Source: Pristiophorus japonicus (taxonomy: Eukaryota). From it: a stretch of DNA of 64,000 nucleotides. The position numbers and the translations under genes were made by a program. Below the pieces are notes generated by a model, which saw only the letters and a list, made by a program, of their open reading frames with translations, had not been told where the DNA came from and searched no databases. The stretch covers positions 9,424,001 through 9,488,000 of the forward strand of contig NC_091977.1 of NCBI RefSeq assembly GCF_044704955.1. Reading direction: 5' to 3'. Of the stretch, positions 1 to 11,858 are shown one piece after another. How positions within the stretch are numbered: the stretch's first letter is position 1; each line of letters begins with the position of its first letter.

Positions 1-620
1 TGCTGGGCATATTTCTTGCCTCCATAACTTTTTGGAACAATTTATGCATTTTGGAAGGAAAAATGAGGATAGGCAGTATATTTTAAAGGGGGTACAGGAA
101 CAGAGAGACCTGGGGTTCAGACACACAGATCTTTAAAGGTATCAGGACAAGTTGATAAAGCCTTTAAAAAAGCATACGGGACCCTTGGCTTTATAAATGG
201 AGGCATAGGAAGGAAGCTATGGTAAATCTTTAGAAATCACTGGTTAGACCTCAGCTGCGGCACCACACTTCAGAAAGAATGTCAAGGCCTTCGAGAGGAG
301 ATTAATCAGAACGGTAGCAGAGTTCAAGTATGTGGAGAGACTGGAAAAGTTGGGATTGTTCTCCTTAGAGCAAAGATTTAATGAAAGTGTTCAAAAGCAT
401 GAAAGGTCTTGACAGAGTAGATAGGAGAAACTGTTTCCACTGACAGGAGGTTCAGTAACCAGAGGACCGCAGATTTAAAATAATTGGCAAAAAAGGCAGG
501 GAGCAGATGAGGAGAATTTTTTTTACTCAGCAAGTTGTGATCTGGAGTGCAATGGCTGAAAAAGGCAGTGGAAGTGGAATAACTTTCAGAAGGGAACTGG
601 ATATATACTTGAAAGAGCTA
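1..620 (+). mobile_element. Old CR1-type LINE ORF2 3' fragment
   Basis: Degenerate similarity to the RT C-terminal/3' region of the younger CR1 copies in this window (e.g. 'ctggttagacctcagct', 'gagaaactgtttccact', 'agggaactggatatatactt'). Confidence 0.7.
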
Positions 621-1011
621 TTCAATTAATTCCACTAGAATGTGGAAAATATACGGGCAGGTTTCCTGTTTAGGATTACTATCCAGTCATTCCTCCTGGA
701 AAGCGCATGTCTACAAACATTGGGTTTGGCTCTGATGCCCTCCACAGTCAAACTGCTGCCTCGGCTCACACAAGAATGGCTACATGGACAAGTTACTAAT
801 ACACTACTGGAATCCACCAAACTGTAACCCACTAAGAATCAGGGTCTAAAGAGAGATGGGGAGAAATAAAACTGGCACAAAAAAGTCTAAATCTGGAACA
901 TTCTCGCTTAACACAAACTGCTAAATGTAATCTCTGGTGCATCAGACAATTATAGCATTTTTAGTTTAGTTCTATGTGCTTTACATATTACATGGTAGGG
1001 AACCATGCAAT

Positions 1012-2150
1012 TAGAATCATAGACTCATAGAAGTTTACGACACAGAAGGAGGCCATTCGGCCCTTCGAGTCTGTGCTAGCCAAAAAAAGAGCTACCCAGC
1101 CTAATCCCACTTTCCAGCTCTCAATCCGCATCCCTGTAGGTTTCAGCACTTCCAAGTGCATATCCAAGTATTTTTTAAAATGTGATGAGAGTTTCTGCAT
1201 CTACCACCCTTTCAGGCAGCGAGTTCCAGACCCCCACCACCCTTTGGGGGGGGGGGGGGGGAGTTCTCATCTCCCCTCCAATCCTTCTATTAATTACCTT
1301 AAATCTCATCATCATCATCATCATCATAGGCAGTCCCTTGGAATCGAGGAAGACTTGCTTCCAGCCCTGAAGTGAGTTCTTTGGTGGCTGAACAGTCCAA
1401 TATGAGAGCCACAGTCCCTATCACAGGTGGGACAGATAGTCATTGAGGGAAAGGGTGGTTGGGACTGGTTTGCCGCACGCTCTTTCCACTGTCTGCATTT
1501 GATTTCTGCATGCTCTTGGCGACGAGACTCGAGGTGCTCAGCGCCCTCTCGGATGCACTTCTTCCACTTAGGGCGGTCTTGGGCCAGGGACTCTCAGGTG
1601 TCAGTTGGGATGTTGCACTTTATCAGGGAGGCTTTGAGGGTCATGGTCTACAGGGCTGTAGTAATACGTGCCCTCCTGTATGGCTCAGAGACATGGACCA
1701 TGTACAGTAGACATCTCAAGTTGCTGGAGAAATATCACCAACGATGTCTCCGCAAGATCCTACCAATCCCCTGGGAAGAAGCACCAACATCAACGTCCTC
1801 ATTCAGGCTAACATCCCCAGCATTGAAGCACTGACCACACTCAATCAGCTCCGCTGGGCAGGCCACTTAGTCCACATGCCAGACACGAGACTCCCAAAGC
1901 AAGTGCTCTACTCGGAGCTCCTTCATGGCAAACGAGCCAAAGGTGGGCAGCGGAAACGCTACAAGGACACCTTTTCAATCTAAGCCCCCTGGTATTGACC
2001 TCTCTGCCAAGGGAAATAGGTCCTTCCTACACACTCTATCTAGGCCTCTCATAATTTTATACACCTCAATTAAGTCTCCCCTCAGCCTCCTCTGTTCAAA
2101 AGAAAACAACCCCAGTCTATTCAATCCTTCCTCAAAGCTAAAATTCTCCA
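1012..2150 (-). mobile_element. CR1-type LINE 3' fragment interrupted by an RTE insertion
   Basis: Tail 'agaatcatagactcatagaa' plus 'ggccattcggccc' at 1012-1065; the sequence resumes after the RTE insert at about 1975 ('ccccctggtattgacctctctgccaaggg'). Confidence 0.75.
1307..1971. mobile_element. RTE-clade LINE 3' fragment with 5' inversion (minus 1307-1641, plus 1642-1971)
   Basis: (CAT)n tail then 'aggcagtccc'; plus-strand piece encodes VYRAVVI..LLYGSETW..LRWAGHLVHMPDTRLPKQVLYSEL..GGQRKRYKDT, typical of the RTE ORF C-terminus. Confidence 0.85.
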
Positions 2151-2667
2151 GTCAGCCTGTGACCAGTTGCAAGTACTAGTCACAGGGTGACTGCAATGTA
2201 TTTGCTGAATGAAGGTAATAAAAATTTCATTCAATGTCGCATCAGACTATCGAGTTGTTAGACGATCAGAACGCACAAACTAATAGAATAGTTACAACAT
2301 CACACATAGTCTTATTTAAACTGTAGCTTATGTACAGTCTATCTTTGTATACCTCCCTTTGCCCACTAAAGATCGTCTGGTTTGCTATTTTTACTTCTGA
2401 TTCAGAGATTACAGACAGTAAACATTTGGTAAATTGGAAAATCTGAAAAACTTTTGCAAAACTGGGTGGACTTTAAAAAAGGACATTTTTTTGCCTGCTC
2501 CTTCAGATCCATCTGTGCCCACACAAACTGCTCCTTAGCTAAGGAGGTTAGTCAGTGCCCTGATCCAAAACCTCTGCCGAAGCCAGAGATGCTGTGAAAC
2601 CAGTTGCTATCACTGCGCAAGTGGATCTGTCTCCATCTCCGTGAAGAATCATTTTCTTTATTATTTG

Positions 2668-2770
2668 TTATTGGCAATGTGGGCAAGTCCGGCATTTACT
2701 GCCCATCCCTAGTTGCCCTGAGAAGGCGGCAGCAGGCCTTGTCCTTGAATTGTTACAGTCCGTGTACTGA
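2668..2770 (-). mobile_element. Short LINE 3'-end fragment (same family as 58125-58430)
   Basis: 'ggcatttactgcccatccctagttgccctgagaagg' matches the copies at about 12445, 58160 and 62215. Confidence 0.6.
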
Positions 2771-3561
2771 TTATGCTCTAAATCTTGGCGCTTGCCTTCC
2801 CTGCAATGACCTTGAGAGATCCGAAACTCACCTTTCGGAGAATTATGGCAATCAACTGCTGGTTGACATTAAGGCCCTGATCTTGACTGGGGATGGGATT
2901 TCTGAGCGCTGGGGAGGGAAGTTATGTTCGGGAATTTCCCCGCAAACTGTCGAGTTTGGACATCACAGCGTGCGTCTTTTATTTCCATTAGGTTCCCCGC
3001 CTGGAAGTCAGCTTGATTGACAGGCTCTGCTCCCTGTCGGGCGGAGAACATTCCGGAGGAAGCTGCAGGCCAGAAGTAAGCAGACAACCTGCAGCTGGGT
3101 TAGTGCGAGCGTGGGTCGGGGGTCCACAATGCTGGGGTGGGGTGGGGGGAGAAAAGAGGTCGGCGGTCCTGAGTGGGGATCGGAGTCCGTGATGAAACCA
3201 GTGAAGCAGGTTTGCTTGGTGGACCGGTGAGAAGCATTCGTGCTCCTCCGGGCCTACAAACAGTGCTGGAACGGCACTTAGCTCATCCACGCATCACCTC
3301 TCTTTAGCTGCTGGGTTTCCCAAGGCCAGGGAAATCCGCCCAGCCAGGGTTCAACTTCAAAGACAGATAAAATGTGGGGCACGCAGCCTCATTATTATAT
3401 TTAAATGACCCATCCAGGAGCAGGGAGCAGGTTGATTGCCCGCCTTCGGTAAAAGCAGAAGTGGGCGGATTAGTTTCGGGTTGGAGAATTTTAAAATTTT
3501 CATAACCCACTAAACCAAACCCACCCAATTTTGGGAGGGTGGGACGATTAAAATTCCCCTT

Positions 3562-4030
3562 TCATCATCATCATCATAGCCGGCCCCTCGGAATCAAGGA
3601 AAACTTGCTTCCACTCTTAAAACGAGTCCTTAGGTGGCTAAACAGCCCAATACGAGAACCACGGTCCCCGTCACTGGTGGGACAGATAGTCGTTGAGGGA
3701 AGGGGTGGGTGCCTGTGCTTGGTTTCTGCATGCTCTCTGTGATGAGACTTGAGCTGCTCCCGGATGCACTTCCTCCACTTAGGGCGGTCTTTGGCCAGGG
3801 ACTCCCAGGTGTCAGAGGAGATGTTGCACTTTATCAGGTAGGCTTTGAGGGTGTCCTTGTAACGTTTCCTCTGCCCACCTTTGGCTCGTTTGCCATGAAG
3901 GAGTTTAGAGTAGAGCGTTTGCTTTGGGAGTCTCGTGTCAGGCATGCGGACAATGTGGCCTGTCCAGCGGAGCTGATCAAGTGTGGTCAGTGCTTCAATG
4001 CTGGGGATGTTGGCCTGGTCGAGTGTTGGG
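3562..4030 (-). mobile_element. RTE-clade LINE 3' fragment
   Basis: (CAT)n tail; ORF 3574-4101 contains QLRWTGHIVRMPDTRLPKQ..GGQRKRYKDTLKA and a terminal ..GLFSHLRT. Confidence 0.85.
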
Positions 4031-4319
4031 AACACTACTTGGCCACCATGTCCGATATATTTCCCCAAAATGTGAGAAACCATGAGTAATCCTGAAATCA
4101 CAACACTTTCCTGACAAGCAATTCCTTGTTTAGATTTAGGAATTCTGAGTAATAAGCTGACTTATTAAGTAAATAATAAGTAAAAACTGATGGGAATAAT
4201 CATTTACAGCAGAGGGAAACTAACCAGCAACTCAACAAAATCTCCTTCTGTTACTTTTTGCCAAAGCTGTAACATCATTGCTGTATGGTGATGGGAAAAC
4301 ACTGAAAAGGAAACTGAAG

Positions 4320-4640
4320 AACTCATGAATTAGTGGCAGGAGTAGGGCACGCGGCCCCTCGAGCCTGCTCCGCCATTCAATAAGATCACGGCTGATCTTT
4401 AACCTCAACTCCACTTTCCTGCCTGATCTCCATATCCCTTGATTCCCCTAGAGTCCAAAAATCTATCGATCACAGCCTTGAATATACTCAACCATTCAGC
4501 ATCCACAGCCCTCTGGGGGTAGAGAATTCCAAAGATTCACAACGCTCTGAGTGAAGAAATTCCTCATCTCAGTCTTAAATGGTCTACCCCTTAGCCTGAG
4601 ATTATGCTCCCTAGTTCTAGACTCTCAAGCCAGAGGAAAC
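4320..4640 (-). mobile_element. CR1 LINE 3' end
   Basis: 'ggcccctcgagcctgctccgccattcaataagatc' and the downstream CR1 3' motifs shared with many copies. Confidence 0.8.
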
Positions 4641-4655
4641 ATCATCATCATGCGT

Positions 4656-5025
4656 GCGTGGAGAAGTCTATAAAGAGCCAACGTCGGAGGAGGAGCAGCA
4701 GTTCGAGCAGCGCGAGTCCAGGGTGCGTGGAGAGGGCTATAAAGGCCCAACGTCGGAGGAGGAGCAGCAGTTCGAGCAGCGCGAATCCGGGGTGCGTGGA
4801 GAGGGCTATGAAGGCCCAACATTGGAGGAGGAGCGGCAGTTCGAGCAGCGCGAGTCCGGGGTGCGTGGAGAAGGCTATAAAGGCCCAACATTGGAGGAGG
4901 AGCGGCAGTTCGAGCAGCGCGAGTCCGGGGTGCGTGGAGAGGGCTATAAAGGCCTAACATTGGAGGAGGAGCGGCAGTTCGAGCAGCGCGAGTCCGGGGT
5001 GCGTGGAGAGGGCTATAAAAGGCCC
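4656..5025 (+). repeat. 69-bp tandem array (about 5.3 copies) in the CR1 5' UTR
   Basis: Unit 'gcgtggagagggctataaaggcccaac..cagcgcgagtccgggt' starts at 4656, 4725, 4794, 4863, 4932 and 5001. Confidence 0.92.
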
Positions 5026-5242
5026 AGCTTGTGCAGCTCCAGCCAGGAGAATAAGCAAAAAAGTAGAAAGAAATCAAACGGTGACGTCACAGCCAAAGGA
5101 CTGGTGATTGGTGAGTAGCTTTTCTTTTTCTTTTTTATATCAGTAAGTAACCCGTTAACATTGTTGTCCTTTTCTTTTTTATATCAGTAAGTAACCTGTT
5201 AACATTGTTGTCGCCAAATTAAGTGTATCTAAGGGTTAAGTC

Positions 5243-6179
5243 ATGGCAGGAGAGCACGGTCACGTGATATGCTCCTCCTGTACCATATCTGACTACGTGT
5301 GCAGGAAGTGTATCCGACTCCAGCTCCTGACGGACCGCGTTGCGGAATTGGTGCTGAGGGTGGATTCACTCTAGAGCATCCACGATGCTGAGAATGACGT
5401 GAGTAGCACGTGCAGCGAGTTGGTCTTACCGCTGGTGAAGTGTCCACAACCAGCTAGGGAATGGAAGACCAGCAGGAAGAGCAGTGCAAGGAAGGTAGTG
5501 CAGGGGACCCCTGCGGTCATCCCCCTGCAAAATAGATACACTGCTTTGAGTACTGTTGAGGGGGATGACTCATCAGGGGAGAGCAGCAGCAGCCAAGTTC
5601 ATGGCACCGTGGCTGGCTCTGTTGCACAGGAGGGCAGGAAAAAGAGTGGGAGAGCGATAGTGATAGGGGATTCAATTGTAAGGGGATTCAATTGTAAGGG
5701 GAATAGATAGGCGTTTCTGCGGCCGCAACCGAGACTCCAGGATGGTATGTTGCTTCCCTGATGCACAGGTCAAGGGTGTCTCGGAGCGGGTGCAGGACAT
5801 TCTGAAAAGAGAGGGTGAACAGCCAATTGTCGTGGTGCACATTGGTACCAACGATATAGGTAAAAAAAAAAGGGATGAGGTCCTACGAGACGAATTTAAG
5901 AAGCTAGGAGCTCAATTAAAACATCGGACCTCAAAAGTAGTAATCTCGGGATTGCTACCAGTGCCATGTGCTAGTCAGAGTAGGAATCACAAGATAGCTC
6001 AGATGAATACGTGCCTTGAGCAGTGGTGCAGCAGGGAGGGATTCAAATTCCTGGGGCATTGGAACCGGTTCTGGGGGAGGTGGGACCAGTACAAACCGGA
6101 CGGTCTGCACCTGGGCAAGACCGGAACCAATGTCTCAGGGGGAGTGTTTGCTAGTGCTGTTGGGGAGGAGTTAAACTAA
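5243..6179 (+). pseudogene. CR1 ORF1 (zinc finger, coiled coil, SGNH/GDSL esterase), frameshifted
   Basis: ATG at 5243 (MAGEHGHVICSSC..CRKC); ORFs 5399-5710 and 5742-6179 carry GDS, GTND and DGLH; a 16-bp tandem duplication at about 5666-5700 breaks the frame. Confidence 0.85.
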
Positions 6180-6589
6180 TATGGTAGGGGGATGGGAACC
6201 AATGCAGGGAGATAGAGGGAAACAAAATGGAGACAGAAGCAAAAGACAGAAAGGAGATGAGTAAAAGTGGAGGGCAGAGAAACCCAAGGCAAAAACCAAA
6301 AAGGGCCACTGTACAGCAAAATTCTAAAGGGTCAAAGTGCAATAAAAAGGCAAGCATGAAAGGTCGGTGCCTCAATGCGAGGAGTATTCGGAACACAGGA
6401 GAGGGCTCTGAGCTAGTTAGAGAGGGTGAGAGCTCAGATGAATAGGACCCCAAGAAAGAATGCAAAAGGCAGGAGGCAACAGAGCAGAGTAGCGCTGGGG
6501 TAAGTGTAAACCACAAGGTGATAGGAAGGGACAATATGTATGAATATAAAGGGGCTGCAGGAGAGGTCAAAACTAAAAATCATGGTTTA

Positions 6590-9285
6590 AAAACTAGTAT
6601 TAAAACACTCTACCTAAACGCATGCAGCATTCGAAATAAAGTAAATGAGTTGACGGCACAAATCATTACAAATGGGTATGATTTGGTGGACATTACAGAA
6701 ACGTGGTTGCAGGGTGGCCAAGACTGGGAATTAAACATACAGGGGTATCTGACAATTCGGAAAGATAGACAAGAAGGGAAAGGAGGTGAGGTAGCTCTGG
6801 TAATAAAGGATGATATCAGGGCAGTTGTGAGAGATGATATTGGCTCTAATGAACAAAATGTTGAATCATTGTGGGTGGAGATTAGAGATAGTAAGGGGAA
6901 ACAGTCACTGGTGGGCGTAGTTTATAGGCCCCCAAATAATAACTTCACGGTGGGGGCGGGCAATAATCAAGGGAATAATGGAGGCATGTGAAAAAGGAAC
7001 TGCAGTAATCATAGGGGACTTTAACCTACATATCAATTGGTCAAATCAAATCGCACAGGTTAGCCTTGAGGAGGAATTCACAGAATGCATACGGGATTGT
7101 TTCTTAGAACAGTATGTTACAGAACCTACAAGGGAGCAAGCTATCTAAGATCTGGTCCTGTGTAATGAGACAGGAATAATAAACGATCTCCAAGTAAAAG
7201 AACCTCTCGGAATGAGTGATCACAGTATGGTTGAATTTGTAATACAGATTGAGGGTGAGGAAGTAGTGTCTCAAACGAGCGTACTATGCTTAAACAAAGG
7301 GGACTACAGTGGGATGAGGGCAGAGTTGGCTAAAGTAGACTGGAAACACAGACTAAACGGTGGCACAATTGAGGAACAGTGGAGGACTTTTAAGGAGCTC
7401 TTTCATAGTGCTCAACAAAAATATATTCCAGTGAAAAAGAAGGGCGGTAAGAGAAGGGATAACCAGTCGTGGATAACCAAGGAAAGAAAGGAGAGTATCA
7501 AATTAAAAACCAATGCGTATAAGGTGGCCAAGGTTAGTGGGAAACTAGAAGATTGGGAACATTTTAAACGACAGCAAAGAAAGCAATGACTAAGAAAGCA
7601 ATAAAGGAAAGATAGGTTACGAAAGTAAACTTGCGCAAAACATAAAAACAGATAGCAAAATCTTTTACCGATATATAAAACGGAAAAGAGTGACTAAAGT
7701 AAATGTTGGTGCCTTAGAAGATGAGAAGGGGGATTTAATAATGGGATATGTGGAAATGGCTGAGACCTTAAACAATTATTTTGCTTCCGTCTTCACAGTG
7801 GAAGACATAGAAACCATGCCAGAAATTGCTGGTCACAGGAATGTGGGAAGGGGGGACCTTGAGATAATCATTATCACTAGGGAGGTAGTGCTGGACAGGC
7901 TAATGGGACTCAAGGTAGACAAGTCCCCTGGTCCTGATGAAATGCATCCCAGGGTATTAAAAGAGATGGCGGAAGTTATAACAGATGCATTCGTTATAAT
8001 CTACCAAAATTCTCTGGACTCTGGGGAGGTACCAGTGGATTGGAAATGTAACACCTCTGTTTAAAAAAGGGGCAGACAAAAGGCAGGTAACTATAGGCCG
8101 GTTAGTTTAACATCTGTAGTGGGGAAAATGCTTGAAGCTATCATTAAGGAAGAAATAGCAGGACATCTAGATAGGAATAGTGCAATCAAGCAGACGCAAC
8201 ATGGATTCATGAAGGGGAAATCATGTTTAACTAATTTACTGGAATTATTTGAGGATATAATGAGCATGGGGATAGAGGTGTACCGATGGATGTGATGCAT
8301 TTAGATTTCCAAAAGGCATTCGATAAGGTGCCACACAAAAGGTTACTGCAGAAGATAAAGGTACGCGGAGTCAGAGGAAATGTATTAGCATGGATCGAGA
8401 ATTGGCTGGCTAATAGAAAGCAGAGAGACGGGATAAATGGGTCCTTTTCGGGTTGGAAATCAGTGGTTCGTGACGTGCCACAGGGTTGTGTAGAGGACAC
8501 AGAGAGGCTACAAAGAGATTTAAATAGGTTAAGCGAATGGGCTAAGGTTTGGCAGATGGAATACAATGTCGGAAAATGTGAGGTCATCCACCTTGGGAAA
8601 AAAAAACAGTAAAAGGGAATATTATTTGAATGGGGAGAAATTACAACATGCTGAGGTGCAGAGGGACCTGGGGGTCCTTGTGCATGAAACTCTCCTTGTG
8701 CATGAATCCCAAAAAGTTAGTTTGCAGGTGCAGCAGGTAATCAGGAAGGCGAATGGAATGTTGGCCTTCATTGCAAAAGCAGGGAGGTCCTGCTGCAACT
8801 GTACAGGGTATTGTGAGGCCGCACCTGGAGTACTGTGTGCAGTTTTGGTCACCTTACTTAAGGAAGGATATACTAGCTTTGGAGGGGGTACATAGACGAT
8901 TCACTAGGCTGATTCCAGAGATGAAGGGGTTACCTTATGATGATAGATTGAGTAGACTGGGTCTTTACTCGTTGGAGTTCAGAAGGATGAGGGGTGATCT
9001 TAGAGAAACATTTAAAATAATGAAAGGGATAGACAAGATAGAGGCAGAGAGGTTGTTTCCACTGGTTGGGGAGACTAGAACTAGGGGGCACAGCCTCAAA
9101 ATATGGGGGAGCCAATTTAAAACCGAGTTGAGAAAGAATTTCAATTCTACCAGCGGGTTGTGAATCTGTGGAATTCTCTGCCCAAGGAATCAGTTGAGGC
9201 TAGCTCATTCAAATCACAGATAGATAGATTTTTAACCAATAAAGGAATTAAGGGTTATGGGGAGCGGGCGGATAAGTGGAGCTGA
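6590..9285 (+). pseudogene. CR1 ORF2 (AP endonuclease-reverse transcriptase), frameshifted with an internal deletion of the RT core
   Basis: ORF fragments 6518-6991, 7212-7589, 7690-8064, 8286-8612 and 8753-9163; VPQG joins directly to DTERLQ, so the FADD segment is missing. Confidence 0.88.
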
Positions 9286-9376
9286 GTCCACGGCCAGATC
9301 AGCCATGATCTTTTTGAATGGCGGAGCAGGCTCGAGGGTCTAGATGGCCTACTCCTGTTCCTAATTCTTATGTTCT

Positions 9377-11640
9377 CATAGGCAGTCCCTCGAATCGAGG
9401 ATGACTTGCTTCCACGTCAAAAAGTTCACAGATGTTTCAATGATGGACCTAAAATTCCTGGTCCGAACTAAATCTTGAAGGGTGGAAGGTGCCTGTGCTT
9501 GGATTTTTTTTAATGTGTGGTGACCGTTGCACACCAGCATGGGCTTGTCAGAGCTAGGTCTTGGTCCAGTGGCAAGGATTAACCAAGACGACTGGACATC
9601 AGCTCTGTTACACGGACCTACTGCGCACACATTAACTACCCTCCAATCCATAGGAACTGATCCAGAGTCCATGGAATGTTGTAAAATGATCACCAATCTA
9701 TTGTTTCTAGGGCCACTTCCTTAAGTACTCTGGGATGCAGAGTACTTAAGGAAGTGGCCCTCGGGATTTATCAGGCCCTGGGGATTTATCGGTTTCAGTC
9801 CCTTCAATTGCCCTCACACCATTTCCTGACTAATAAGGATACCCTTCAGTTCCCCCTTCTCGCTAGACCCTCAGACCACTTGTATTTTCGGGAGGTTATT
9901 TGTGTCTTCCTTAGTGAAGACAGAACCAAAGTATTTGTTCAACTGATCTGCCATTTCCTTGTTCCCCATTATGAATTCACCTGATTCTGACTGCAACGGA
10001 CCTACATTAGTCTTCACGAATCTTTTTCTCTTCACATATCTATAGAAGCTTTTGCAGTCAGTTTTTATGTTCCCTGCAAGCTTCCTCTCATACTCTATTT
10101 TCCCCCTCCTAATTAAACCCTTAGTCCTCCTCTGCTGAATTCTAAATTTCTCCCAGTCCTCAGGTTTGCTGCTTTTTCTGGCCAATTTATATGCCTCTTT
10201 CTTGAATTTAACACTTTCCCTAATTTCCCTTGTTAGCCACAGTTGAGCCACCTTCCCTTTTTTATTTTTATGCCACACAGGAATGTACAATTGTTGTAGT
10301 TTTTCATACATGTGATTTTTAAATGTCTGCCATTGCCTATCATTCACCAGTCTATCCTAGCCAATTCACGTCTCATACCGTCGAAATACATTACAATATA
10401 CATTAATGATATAGACGAAGGGATTGAATGTAATATCTCCAAGTTTGCAGATGACACTAAGCTGGGTGGCAGTGCGAGCTGCGAGGAGGATGCTAAGAGG
10501 GTGCAGGGGGACTTGGACAGATTAGGTGAATGGGGAAATGCATGGCAGATGCAGTATAATGTGGATAAATGTGAGGTTATCCACTTTGGTGGCAAAAACA
10601 GGAGGGCAGATTATCTGAATGATGATAGATTAAGAAAAAGGGAGGTGCAATGAAACCTGGGTGTCATGGTACATCAGTCGTTGAAGGTAGGCATGCAGGT
10701 ACAGCAGGCAGTAAAGAAAGCAAATGGCATGCTGGCCTTCATAGCGAGGGGATTTGAGTATAGCAGCAGGCAGGTCTTGCTGCAGTTGTACAGGACCTTG
10801 GTGAGACCACATCTGGAATATTGTGTGCAGTTTTGGTCTCCTAATCTGAGGAAGGACATGCTTGCTATTGAGGGAGTGCAGCGAAGGTTCACCAGACTGA
10901 TTCCCGGGATGGCAGGACTGACATATGAGGAAAGACTAGATCGGCTAGACTTATACTCACTGGAATTTCGAAGAATGAGAGGGGATCTCATAGAAACATA
11001 TAAAATTCTGACGGGACTGGACAGGTTAGATGCAGGAAGAATGTTCCGGATGTTGGGGAAGTCCAGACCCAGTAGACACAGTCTAAGGATAAGGGGTAAG
11101 CCATATCGGACCGAGATGAGGAGAAACTTTTTCACCTCGAGAGTTGTGAATCTGTGGAATTCTCTGCCACAGAAAATTGTTGAGTCCAGTTCGTTGGACA
11201 TATTCAAAAGGAGTTAGATGTGGCCCTTACGGCTAAAGGGATCAGGGGGTATGGAAAGAAGGCTGGGGTGGGTACTGAGGTTAAATGTTCATCCGTGATC
11301 ATATTGAATGGCCTGCTCCTGCACCTATTTTCTATGTTTCTATATTGCAGTGTGGGCTGGCCCGTGCTGCCCCTGGGCCCTTGCCTCTTCTGGGCCCCGA
11401 TCATGTCCCTCTACAATCTCCTTCGCCCTGATCTCGTCGCTTCTTCAGTACCTGCCCACGATCCAATCAGTGACCTGGACCTTGATGATGTCACTTTCCA
11501 CTGCCGTTGCTCTCCTGCTCCAGCACGTGCTGCTCCCTGGAGTGGTACGCCGCCACGCTGCTCCTTCCGTTCCCCGGCCTGCTCCGACAGTGCTCACAGG
11601 CTGGGGGCCGCGCAGACTGCTGGGCTAGGCCACCATGCTT
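9377..11640 (-). mobile_element. RTE-tailed non-coding repeat, split by a CR1 insertion (9377-9631 and probably 11342-11640)
   Basis: Begins 'cataggcagtccctcgaatcgaggatgacttgcttcc' like the RTE 3' ends; part recurs in reverse at 53690-53758; continuity with the GC-rich segment after 11342 is inference. Confidence 0.5.
9632..11341. mobile_element. CR1 insertion with 5' inversion (minus 9632-10388, plus 10391-11341)
   Basis: Minus ORF 9871-10347 (QWQTF..KLAGNIKTDCKSFYRYVK) and plus ORFs 10312-10653 (SKFADDTK) and 10666-11217; tail 'ttttctatgtttcta'. Confidence 0.85.
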
Positions 11641-11696
11641 TCACCGGCCTGTTCCACACACTATTCTCCACTCCACCTTCCCCAGCACGCACACAT

Positions 11697-11858
11697 TCAG
11701 AGGAAACAATCTCTCAGCATCTACCCTGTCAATCCCCCTCAGAATCTGGTATGTTTCAATGAGATCACCTCTCATTCTCTTAAACTCCAGAGAGTATAGG
11801 CCCAATTTACTCAATCTCTCCTCATGGGACCACCCTCTCATCCCAGGGATCAATCTAG
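11697..11858 (-). mobile_element. CR1 ORF2 fragment
   Basis: ORF 11641-11853 LIPGMRG..LYSLEFKRMRGDLIETY. Confidence 0.75.

Larger units (their letters stand above)
4652..9376 (+). mobile_element. Near-full-length CR1 LINE (5' tandem array, ORF1, ORF2 APE-RT), degenerate
   Basis: ORF1 with Cys motif and GDSIVRG/VHIGTND/DGLHL esterase blocks; ORF2 with [38 protein letters not shown]; 3' end 'attcttatgttct'. Confidence 0.92.

Noticed and set aside
2900-3560. GC-rich possible MITE remnant
   Set aside because: Only one plausible terminus; boundaries not supportable
4604-5118. Repetitive 23-aa ORFs, or a possible CRISPR-like array
   Set aside because: Pure tandem 69-bp units without unique spacers, located in a LINE 5' UTR
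5399-6179. Host GDSL lipase/esterase gene
   Set aside because: Sits in the ORF1 position of a CR1 and recurs in other CR1 copies
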